From Phyllosticta citribraziliensis (taxonomy: Eukaryota): a DNA stretch of 64,000 nucleotides. Of the stretch, positions 52,901 to 64,000 are shown piece after piece. A model generated the notes under the pieces. That model made no database searches. It was not told the origin of the DNA and saw only the letters and a list, made by a program, of their open reading frames with translations. The stretch spans positions 744,001 to 808,000 of the forward strand of contig NW_027117340.1 in the NCBI RefSeq assembly GCF_038025025.1, in the 5' to 3' direction. How positions within the stretch are numbered: position 1 is the first letter of the stretch; every line of letters begins with the position of its first letter. The position numbers and the translations under genes are program-made.

Positions 52901-55900
52901 GTAAAGATAGCCTCTAAGTACTAGATATACTTATCTAATAATTATAAGAAGATAATAATATTATTAATATAGGGGTATAAAAAGGCCTAGTAATTCTAGA
53001 GTAATATATTATATTATTACTATATATACTAAATACTATTATAGTAGCCTATAAGAGTAATATTACTTTATTCTACTCTATAATAGGTAAGTATTACTAG
53101 CTTATATTAGTCCTCTATATATACTCTCTATTAGTAGAAGAATATAATTATATTAACTACTAAAATAAAGAGGTACCCTTAGATTTCTAAAATAATATTA
53201 GATACTAGTAGTAGAGGGTAGCTATTCTTCTCTATAATAATATTTAGTATATAAATATTAATAATAATATAATCTTTCTATTTAAGCTCCTTATTTTTAC
53301 TAGGGACCTATCTCTATACTATAAAAACTAGGAACCCTAGACTTATATTACCTTATACCTATTTAGCTTTACCCTACTTATATATAGGATTAAGAGTATT
53401 ATCTTAGAATTCTTTATCTTATTATAAGGCTATATATAATTATATCTATTAGAATTTATCTCTCTAATCTAAGACTAGTAAAATATATATCTATTCCTCT
53501 TTAAGAACCTTAATAAACCCCTTTTAATTAGTAAATAGGTCCTTAAATTAGTTTATAAGGGCTTAGTAATATTCCCTAGTCTTAGAGAGGCTAAAGATTA
53601 GGATACTATTATCTAGCCTTCCTTCTTTTATTATTAGGAGTAATAGGTTTAGGGCTACTAGGCTATAGTCCCTATTAATAAGCTAATAGCTTATATTAAA
53701 CTCTACTACTATTAGACTACCTAATTATATATTCTTTAAGATAGTTAGGGTCTAGTTAGAGTTATTTTATATAATAATCTAGGTTATATTAGTATTTATT
53801 ATAATAGAATATAGGGATCCTCCTTTCTATAAGAAGGGGATAGGTCTTATACTATAATTAAGGTAGAACTTATAATATTAGATTAGTAATATTAGTCTAG
53901 GTATATAGATAGGTACTTTTATAGTACTATAAGGTAGTACTATAGTATATTTACTTATTATAATATATTAATATACTAGTATTATATATATCTTTATTAT
54001 TACTAAGATTTTAAAGCCTCCTTTACTAAAGTAGGGCTAAATTACTTAATCCTTTCTAAGGTCTATAATTACTACTTTAGGATATAGAATATTATTCCCT
54101 ATTAGTAGTAGGACTAATATATCTTAATTAATAATATATATATAGTAAGGGATATAGGCTATAGCTTTACTATCCTTTATATACCCTAGTAGGTAAAGGG
54201 ATAGGAGTATATAGTCTATATATAATATTATAGTACTAATACTATTAATTTATATAGGCTTTAGGAGTATAAGGATTTTTATATCTAGTAGTTACTCTTA
54301 TAAGAAGCCTTAGGTAATTAGTAAGGATAATACCCTAGTATTAAGATATATAATATCTATAAGTCCTAATATATAGAGCTAAAAGCTATACTTAAGGGAC
54401 TAGTAATAAGGAAACCCTAATAAGCTATTATCTACTAGTAACCCTAATAGTACTTATTTAGATATTAAGATAGGGGGATCCTTATTAGATAAAGCCTTTT
54501 TATTAGTCTCTTTAGTACTAGGATCTATTATACTTACTATTATAAATAAACTACCTATTAATAGGGTATAGCCTTTAGCTTTACTCCTTTAGTCCTAGTA
54601 TAGTATAGTATATATAGCTAAGCTAAATAGGAAGAGTAGGCTCTATATTAATATATAGATTACTAGAATAAGTTATAGTTAAGAAGGGGCTATATATTAT
54701 CCTATTATATAGCCCTAAGTCCTTTTAGGGACTCTTATTATTAATAGTAGCTATAAATATATCCTTACCCTATATATTATAGGTAGCTCTTAAAGAACTA
54801 TATTAGTAACCTATACCCTATAAATAGTAATATAGCTATTATTTTAACTAGAACCTCTCCTAATAACTATTATATACTATTATATATATAGGGGCTAGTT
54901 TAGGTCCTATATTAAGCTAGTCTAGGGATTAGTTAAAAGCTATTAGATAATAGTATTAGCTATAATTATAGACTAATATATTAAGAGATTAATTAGTAGA
55001 TTCTATCTTCTCTTCTCCTATTATCTTAGAGATAGGGGAACCTAGCTCTTTAGGGGCTAGTTTCTCCTCTTTACTAAACTTATCTTTAGCTTCTTTATAT
55101 TATATAAGGTATTATCTATAAGTAGTTTATTTCTTATTAATATTCCTTATATTATTACTCTTAGACTATTATAACTAGGATTCTAAACCTAACTCTTTTT
55201 TTAATCCTATTCCTATATTTCCTAGGGTAGGTAATATAAGTTATTTTAGGTATATAACCTATTTATTATTACTTAGTCCCTTAGTACTTATATTATACTA
55301 AGAGGCTATATATCTTTTATTAGTCCTTTTATAGTTTACTTAGCTATAGGGGTAATCTTAATTAATTATCTATCTCTAGCCTTACTAGGGGAAGGTTCCC
55401 TTACCTACTTTATAATATTATACTAGGTACTCCTAGATTTAGTAATAACTCTTAATTATTTTAATAAAGAATTATATAGTTATTTAGGGTATAGGCTCCT
55501 CTAGCTACTACTAGTAGAAAGGATTAATCTTAGTAAAGGTATTAATAAGCTAGTTATAAATAGTCTAGAAACTAGCTATATATCTTAAATAGATATAAAT
55601 AATTATAAAGTCTTTAATACCCTTATTATATACCTCTTTAAGACTAAAGCTAATAGTATTTAAAGTATTAATTATCTTATACTAGGTTATACTAAAATCC
55701 TTATAAAGTAAGGTAGCCTAGTATTTAATATTAACCTTAGTATATATATAGGTATAATCCTTCTCTATAATTTATAAAGTAAACTATATATTAGTAGTTC
55801 CTTTAAGATACTTCTATAGGTTAAGTTATACTATCCTAGTACTAAATATTATATAAGTTATCTAAGTACTATTAATAAATTATTCTATAGTATAGTAAAC

Positions 55901-57379
55901 TACTTTTCTATATTTTATAGTACTACTACCCTAGCTAACCTTATCTTTACCTAGATTAGGGTTAAAGTAGCTAATATTATTAAGAGAGAAGTATAGAAAA
56001 GTAAAAGAGTAGTTATAGTTATTATCTATATATTAAGTAATTTATTAGTCTATTACTAGTAGTAGAGATTATTTATATATTATACTATTAAAGAAATAGA
56101 ACTAGAAGTATAATAGTAGTAGTAGTTATATAAGGTTTAATAGTCCTCTATAATTATAGGTTTTAGAAGGAGGAAAACTAGAATAGGTATAATATTTCTA
56201 GTAGTACTATACCTTTATATCTAGATAAAAGTAACCTATATTATCTTAAGGGTAGTAGGTATTATTTATAGTATTACTAGTAGATTTAAGACTAGCTAGA
56301 TACTTACTTAATAAGCTATAAAGGGTATTAATACTATTATTTATACTCTTAAAGCTTTTTATTTATATATATTACTAGTTAAGGATAAGCCCCTAGAGCC
56401 TAGTAATCTAGCTTATTAATATAGTATACTCTACTAGGCCTTATAGGATCTCCTCTATCTTATCTATAGTATTATAGTACTATCTTTCCTCCCCCTAAGT
56501 ATCTATTCTTTAGCTAGTAGGGCCTAGCCTAGCTATAAATCTTTAAATACTAGGGCTACTAGTAGTACTAGTTTTAAAACCTAGTAAATTAGGGCTAATT
56601 ATATTATTTATATTAAAACCTATAATAGGTATATCTTATATTTATATAGATAGGATAAAGGTTCCTATAGTTTAAGCTAGTAGAGGTAGGAAGATTCCTA
56701 CTATAGGGGCTATTAATATAGTAGCCCTAATAGAAAAGGGGGCTTATATTTACTCTATACTAGTACTATAGGTATTAAAAGCTTAGGTATATAATTTTAG
56801 TAGGGGTATTATTATTCTAGATCTCTAAGTACTTAAGAGATCTAAATAGCCCCTTTACTAGGTTTTATTATCTTTATCTCCTTAATAATTATTAAGACTA
56901 TTATTATAAGGGTTTTTATACTACTTAGTATTATAATTAATATATAGGTTCTCTCTATTATAGGGTAATATCTCCTCTATATACTTACTATTACTATATT
57001 AGGGGTTTAGTTTAACTATCTCTATTAAGGAGATATAATATCCTTTACCTTTATTAATAGGGGCCTATAAGGCTATAATTAAACTAGTATATAAATATAT
57101 ACTTTCCTATCTATAAGTACTAACTAAGGTTTAGCTAAGTTAACTTAAGGGCTAGGCTCTTAATTAAAAGTATAGGAGTAGTTTTATAAAACTAGGAGAA
57201 CTATAACTATATCTTTATAGTATTTAGGGTAGAGTAGTCTTAATTAAATTATTAGGTAGAGCTAGAATATTAAGTTATAAGGTATACTCTATATAAGATT
57301 TATAGGTAGGAGAGTTAAGTATAAGAGTTAAGGGGTATTCTTAAAGAGTAGTAATAGGTATATAGGCTAATAAGGATAA
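49950..57379 (-). pseudogene. gag-pol relic of C
   Basis: Collinear with B gag-pol: C2H2-like finger 54821-54877, RT 52960-52971, RNase H LLYINIDT near 52470, integrase, chromodomain *YLVK*RGYSP near 50250-50280. Confidence 0.88.
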
Positions 57380-57802
57380 TGTCACGACTTGCAGATTTCT
57401 TATTATATAGGTAAGGGCTAAAGGCGAACTGCTAGAGAATACGTATATATCTTAATTAAATCTAATAAGTTAAAAGAATAAAATATAAAAGATACTTACT
57501 ACCTATATATTTCCTAGTCCTTCCTTTATACTATTCTACCTCTCATCCTTTATATAAGGGTCCTTAGTTATTATTAGGTGAGTTATGAAGGTGAGGTATT
57601 AATGGGCTATTATATGGTATCTGCCTAGGGCTGCAGTAGCTGGTGCTAGGCTGTAGTAGCTAGTACTAGCCTATAGGTTTCAGCCTGAGCTATAGTAGGC
57701 TACTACCTGAGGTGAGGCTCGTGCTTCCTATAACTGTATAATACTAGGTTTATCTATGCTGGCCCTGGTGCTTATATAGGCGCATATACGCCTATTATAA
57801 TA
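57380..57802 (-). repeat. 3' LTR of A3
   Basis: Direct repeat of the A2 LTRs. Confidence 0.95.
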
Positions 57803-57994
57803 TGCCCCCCCTAAAGAGAAGCTGAAATTATAGGAATTAGTAGCTATAGGCGCTTATATAGGCATAGACTTATAATACATAATAGTAGTAATTTAGCAAT
57901 TTGAGCATTCTGTATAGTTATAAAGTATAATTATTAGTCTAGGTCTACTACTATACTATCTCTTTCTATTACTATCTCTTTTACTGCGCGACCT

Positions 57995-59493
57995 ATAGAA
58001 GGTTACCATCTTACTTAGCCATATCTAAAGCTCTCTATTAAAGTATATTATTACCCTAGTCTAATTTAGCTATAATCTAGTAAACTAACTATCACGCATA
58101 AAGGTTCTAATAATTTAAATAATTTATACCCTACTAATAGTAAAGCAGACATTCCTAGCTACTATATACTTAATATATCTACTACTCATTATAGTCTAGT
58201 CTATTAGGACTCATTACTATTATATAAGAGTTATAGTATTAAGTCATTATTATACAGCATTATTTATAATCCATCACAGTCACTACTCACTTAGAGAGCT
58301 ATTTTAGCCAGCAGTATCTATAAGGACCATTATATAGAGTTCTAAGATAAGTAAACTTTAATTCCATCTCTTTAGACTATTACTAATTATTATCTAGGCT
58401 ATTAAGTAGCATTATATATCTAGGTTTTACTACTTCATCATCCCATCTTGCTAACTAATATAATTATAGAGGAGGATACTCATATAAAGACTTAGTTAGG
58501 CTAGGCTTTACTTATTTAGCTAGGAACAGCTATAGGCTTATCACTTTACCCGCGGCATACTACAGTATTAGGTTCTACTTAATTAGTATTATTAGTTATC
58601 GCGCAAGGTTCATTATCTATAGCTATATAGCCTGCTACTAACTAGCACATTATACCACATTACTGCCAGTTTACTGTTATACAGCCTGTTTCAGAGGAAG
58701 AAGGTGAAGAGCCTACTTATATATGCTATTATTATAATCCTATAGCTTATCAGGTTCTAGCAGCTAAGTACTTACTACCTACTACTTTATATAATAGCAG
58801 TAATAGTAAGATTTACATTACAGCATTACTAGTTAGCTCTAATAAGGTACCTATTAAGTGGGACTTTAAGTCGACGCTTTACATTCCTTATAAGAATATA
58901 GAGAGTATTATACAAGTAAGTTTATCTTACTAATATAAGGGATTCTTATCTAACTAACTATACAGGCACACCTTAGTAGTTCTAAAGTATAAGAGCGCGC
59001 TAAATGCATCTTAGCCTTAGGTAATAGTATACCTTACTTATATATCATAGTTTCTACTTAGCAATTTAACTACTTATTAGTTAAAACTTAAGCCAGCTTA
59101 TATAATGCTTTTCTTATCTAGTACACCAGAATTAATAACCCTATTAGCTATACTAAGTATTATAATAATACTAATACTCGCGCGTTTATTAGTTATCACC
59201 ACCTACCTAGTTTCTTATAGGGCTACTACACCAACTGCCTTTAGGGTATAGGTAACTTAGACTGTACTATTAGTAACTTAAAGGGTGCTAAGCCGCCTGC
59301 TTATTATAAGAGGTATAAAGATAAAATTTATATAGAGGAGTTCTAGAACTTGTACTATTAAGCTAGGGTGGAGGATTAAACTAATTAGGTTTTAGCTAAG
59401 TAGGATATTCTACCTAATAAGCTAGAGGATCTAGAGGAGACTATCTTATATAATAATAGTTATAATAAGAAGAAGGGAAAAGGAAGGAAGTAA
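57995..59493 (+). pseudogene. Antisense DUF3716-like cargo gene, A3 copy
   Basis: Offset +19100 from the A2 copy. Retains many ancestral Cs (AAC TGC, GAG CGC GCT AAA TGC, acceptor TACAG) and ends KKKGKGRK*. Confidence 0.78.
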
Positions 59494-59596
59494 AGGAAGG
59501 GATAGTAGGGAATAAGTAATAAAAAGGAGAGACTAGAGAGTAGAAGTTAAGATTAATAGTATTTATATAAGGGTAGATAGTAAACTAATTAGTCTA

Positions 59597-62500
59597 CTTT
59601 CTATATCTTTATAATATTTACTATAGGCCTAAGTGACTTGTTTTATTATTACTTTCTCTTTTAATCTAGGGTTCTTCTTAAAGGAAGGTAGTTTTCTATT
59701 TTTCTAGATTTTTTAGTAGTCCTACTATAGTAGGGTATAATAAGTAGAATTCTTTAATTTTCTATAGTACGCCGCTGAAAGAACTTATATTATACTACTA
59801 GTTATCTTAGTTATATCTAGTCTATTTAACTTAGTATTGAAGTTTCCTGTATAAGACTTAACTAGCTTAAATATAGTCTACTTCCTACTTAGGCTCATCT
59901 TAAATAATCTTAGGTTTAGGTTTAGTATATTCCTAACTAGGAAGCTATTCTATTTTAGCCTTATATAGCCTATTAGTATAGAAAAGGTTAACTATCTTTA
60001 TATATAAGGGAAGATTAAGGATATAGGAGGGTCCTTCTATTCCTATAATCTTAAAAGGTCTAGTATTAGGAAAGTCTAATTTAAGGTTTAGCTAATTAGT
60101 AGACTATCCTGTTTTCTTAATATAGATGTAATCTCTAACTATAAAGTCTGGCGCGCGACGGTATTTATTAGCTTATTAGTGTATATACTCTTAGGATTTA
60201 AGAATAAGATTCTTTATAAATTTAAAAGCTTCTTATCTTCTCTTTTATAGTATTTGCGCTACTATGTGAGCTATTTTCTCTAGTTACTAGGGGGTTTTAG
60301 TTCTTTATTGCTAGTTATAGTATAATTAAGGGGAATATCCTAACTTAATCTTAAAAGGTAAAAGTCTAGTAGCTTTATAGGGAAGTGTTACTTATATAAG
60401 GTCTATTAATAGTAGAAGATCAGATTAATTATTCTAAAAGTAATTAATAAAAGGTCTCAATCTTTATATAAGATGCTAATTGATAATCTCTATAATACTA
60501 TTAGTTTAAGAGTAGTAGGATAAGTTGAAATGCTACTCTATACTAGTTAGCTTATATAGTTTATTTATAAATGCTGAGATGAACTAAGGGCCTTAGTTAG
60601 ATAGGATAGACTTAGGGTTTCTATAAATATAGTAGATATATTTATAAAAGAGCCTAGAGACTCCTTTAGTATTAATCTTTTTTATATAAGGTAAACTGAA
60701 GGTTCTTTAACTTAACTAGTCTATAATAACTAGGATTATATTATAGCCCTTTTAGTCTTTAGGCATCTCTTTAAAATCTATAGCTAAGTGTTACTAGGGT
60801 TAAGTAGGAATCTCTAGGGGTTATAGAAGGCCTAGGTCTTTATTATAAAACTCTTTTATTTAGTAGTAAATATGGTATCCTTACCCGTGAATATTAATTG
60901 TGCGATTTATAGCTAGCTAATAGTAATATTACTTGAGGAGTTTTCGCATCTTTATAATACTAGGATGGGTAGTTATATAGGTGGTATATAAAGTATTAAG
61001 TATTCTTATGCGGAGGTTGTTATAATCTAGTATAAAGAGTATACTATATTATAGTAAAAGACCATCCTTTAGTTCCTAACTATTTCTTTATTTAAGGTCC
61101 TTTAAGAGGGCTTTCTATCTCTAGAGTTCTAATTTAGAATCTTCCTAGTTTATATAGAGGAGTTTATCTAAAAATAATACTAGAGGAGGAAGTTCTTATT
61201 CTAAAATAGAAAGAGGGATAATAGTCTCTAGTAGGATAAGGTATATCTCTTATATAGCTCTTACTTTTTCTTTTTAAGTCTTTAGGTCTTCTTATTTTTA
61301 AGTAAGGTAATTGGTGATGATATTTTCCTTTCCTAGTTAATAGGAGAATTATATATAGAACTCTATAAAAAACTTAGACTATCTAGCTTATTATTAATTG
61401 AGTTATTATTTAGTAGAGTAGTACTCTAATACCTAATAGTCTATAATTATAAGAAAAGGTTTTTTAAGGCTAATAAGTATTAGTCTCTATTCTTCTAGTC
61501 TATTCTTAATAGCCAGCAGTTCTTTATCTAAAATTCTATAATGAAGTTCTATATCTACTATTACCTTAGAGTAGAACGCTACTAGTTTCTAATTATATAA
61601 AGGTTACTAGAGCTATATTAAAATACTAGTAGTAACTCTATTACTTATATTAGTCTCTATATAAGTGTCAAGAGTAGGGTCATAATTAGCTAGGAGTATA
61701 TTACTATATATTAGCTTCTTAAGTTATTAAATTACCTCTTCTTCTAGGGGTCCTAGTTATCACTATTTTGCCTTAGAGCATAGTTTCTCTAATAGCTAGC
61801 TAATTTATCTATAGTTAGGGAGAAATTATTAGTAGAAATTATAGAAACCTAGGAAGGATTAAAGAGCCTTAAGGGTTTTAGGTATTAGCTAGTTTTATAT
61901 AGGTTCCACCTTATCTGGGTCCATTTAAATGCCTTCTATAGAAACAATATATCTAAGGAACTTTATATAAGTAACTAAAAACTTACTCTTCTTTAAATCT
62001 ACCTATAGTCCCACCTTTTATAGTCTTACTAGTACTTTTTTTACTTATTCCTCGTGCTCTACAGGGTTTTTAGAGATAATAAGCATATTATCTATAAAAG
62101 CTATAATAAAATCATCTAAATACTTAAAGAGAACCTAGTTAATAAAATATTAAAAGGCTGCCAGTCTATTACTTAATCTAAAAGGTAAGATACGGTATTT
62201 AAATAACCTATATCTTATATAGAAAGTGGTTTTATCTTCAGAATCCTTAGTAAGATAGATGTAGTAGAAAGCTTATTAAATATTAAGCTTAGTATAAATC
62301 TTGCCCTTTCTAACGCGCTAAAGCAACTCTATAATAAGAGGGAGGGGGTACAAATCCTTAGTAGTTTATTTATTAAGCTATTAGTAGTCTATATAAAATC
62401 TCTATCCCCCACCAGGCTTTTTTACTACTAGAATAGGAGAAGCATAGGTGGTAAAGCTTTTAGTAATAAAGCCTTTCTAAATATTCTTAATAATATACTC

Positions 62501-64000
62501 TTTTACAGCCTTAAGCTGTTCTAGAGACATTCTATAGAGAGGGCTAGGTAGAAGCTCTAGTAGACCATTATATATAAGAGATATTTTATAATCAACTCCT
62601 ATATAATATAGTAGTAGCTCATTAGACTCTATTTTAGAAAATATATCTTAAAATTCCTTATAAGCAGCTAGTAGCTTAGAAGCTAATAATTCCTTAGTTT
62701 CTTTATCTTTAAGAGCCGCTTAAACTTATATAAGGTTAATAGTATAGATCTCTATTAGCGCAACTTATATTTTATAGATAGAAAGCTTAAAAGTATCTTA
62801 AGTTTAAAATTTAATTCCCTTAATAACCTATACTAAGGGAAGAAGGCATTTATTAAAGTTTTTATCTCTATAGTCTATATCTACTTAATATTCTTTCTAT
62901 GGTTCATTACTTTATATAGAGACTTTCAGTAGGCGTAAAAGATGCTAAAAGGATTAGTTAACTAGTAGCTATCTCTAGACTAGTTTATATCATTTATAGT
63001 CTAGAAGAATATTATACTGGTCAAAAAACTATTGCCTAAGAATTATATTATTATAGCTAATATCATAAATAAAAGCATAAGTAGAAACCATTTAATCCTA
63101 GAAGCAGAGTTAAAGATAAAAGTAAAAATTAACTTTCTTATTTATATATTAGTTAAACCTAGTAATATTAAGCCCTTCACCTATTATTCTCTTTTTTATA
63201 GTACCTATAGACTAGAGAGTTAGTAGTAGCTTAGGGTAAATAAAACTTATACTACTAGTACTAGTATTAGCTAGGGTACAAATTTCTAAGGTGTGGCTAT
63301 TAGATATAATTAAGGTTTATATAGTAAAGGGTACACCTCTAATAAAGTAACTAAGATTTATATAAGAACCCTTAATATATATTACTCTAAGTTTAGACCT
63401 ATAGTAGGAGACTTTACCTAGGTCTTATTATTTTCTAATAAAGACTGATCTCCTTTATTTATATAGATATCTTTAGTACTTTCTTCTTTAACTAACTCTA
63501 TTACCTTTATCTCTAGTTATGGGTATTGTCTCTATAAATAGCTAAACTGGCTATAGTAATTATATAGTCTAATCTCTATGTAGACTTCTGCTTTACCTTT
63601 ATAGGTTATATTATATAAGGGAGCCCTAGATATAGATCGCACCTAGGTATGACTAGAAGATAAAGTACTTATACTACTTAAGGTAGTTATCTTTACTTAT
63701 TCTTATTATCTCTTCTTTACTTATTCCTCGCGTGACGTGAGCGTTGGTTTTCTATAGTTAGAATAGTAGTTACTGAGACTTTAAGTAATAGGGTAGGCTT
63801 ATTAGAGGTACTTATAAAAGTTAATATCCCTATCTTACTCTATAGTAATTATTTAGGTTTAAAGGAGAGGATCTATTATATTATAAAAGTCCTCTTTTTA
63901 CTATTCCTAGGGAAGATCTGTATCTAAGGCTAATTATATAAAGTTTAATTAAAACTTCTAAAGGTCTATAGGGATATAGTATATAAGAGAGTATAACTAC
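59597..64000 (-). pseudogene. pol and 3' part of gag, relic of A3
   Basis: Collinear with A2 from 40511 onward. Confidence 0.92.

Larger units (their letters stand above)
18446..57379 (-). mobile_element. Gypsy element C (relative of B); own sequence at 18446-18781, 26972-28195 and 48220-57379; 5' end lies beyond A3, outside the window
   Basis: Segments rejoin through TSDs GTTAT (A1) and AAGTT (B), with the minus frame continuous across both. gag and pol with YINN (=YIDD) at 52960-52971, chromodomain 50190-50340, third ORF, putative 3' LTR 18446-18733. Confidence 0.78.
1..64000. other. RIP-degenerated AT-rich nested retrotransposon block
   Basis: CA, TG and CG are nearly absent and TA is in excess. 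Differences among copies A1/A2/A3 and between LTR pairs are overwhelmingly C>T and G>A. Trp/Gln/Arg codons appear as TAG/TAA in otherwise recognisable gag-pol frames. Confidence 0.97.
57380..64000 (-). mobile_element. Gypsy chromovirus A, copy A3 (runs off the window within gag)
   Basis: Starts TGTCACGACTTGCAG. 423-bp 3' LTR 57380-57802, polypurine tract 57805-57812, collinear with A2. Left flank is GATAA. Confidence 0.96.

Noticed and set aside
63032..63223. 63-aa ORF from the supplied track
   Set aside because: It is the same spurious frame in copy A3. The similarity only reflects element duplication.
1..64000. Prokaryotic, organellar or alternative-genetic-code origin, suggested by AT richness and frequent TAA/TAG
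   Set aside because: The stops vary between copies as C>T and G>A transitions of Gln/Arg/Trp codons inside Gypsy domains, which RIP explains.

Overview
The whole window is AT-rich fungal (probably filamentous ascomycete) repeat DNA heavily altered by repeat-induced point mutation (RIP): CpA, TpG and CpG are nearly gone and TpA is everywhere. I see no intact host gene or RNA gene. It resolves into nested Ty3/Gypsy LTR retrotransposons, labelled A-F here. F (1007-6081, +) holds a 589-bp solo LTR and is interrupted by D (6082-18445, -). D holds full-length E (8824-14826, +) and is interrupted by C (18446-57379, -). C holds A1 (18782-26971, +), B (28196-48219, -, which itself holds A2 at 38280-46489, -) and A3 (57380 to window end, -). 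Three observations stand out. (1) Family A carries an antisense cargo gene with two spliceosomal introns and a DUF3716-like CANC cysteine domain. (2) Families B and C share a large third ORF of unknown function after pol. (3) B and C have no polypurine tract; in its place is a RIP-compatible copy of the tRNA-iMet 3' end, suggesting non-canonical priming. All protein readings are manual de-RIP interpretations, no searches were run, and ORF ends are approximate.
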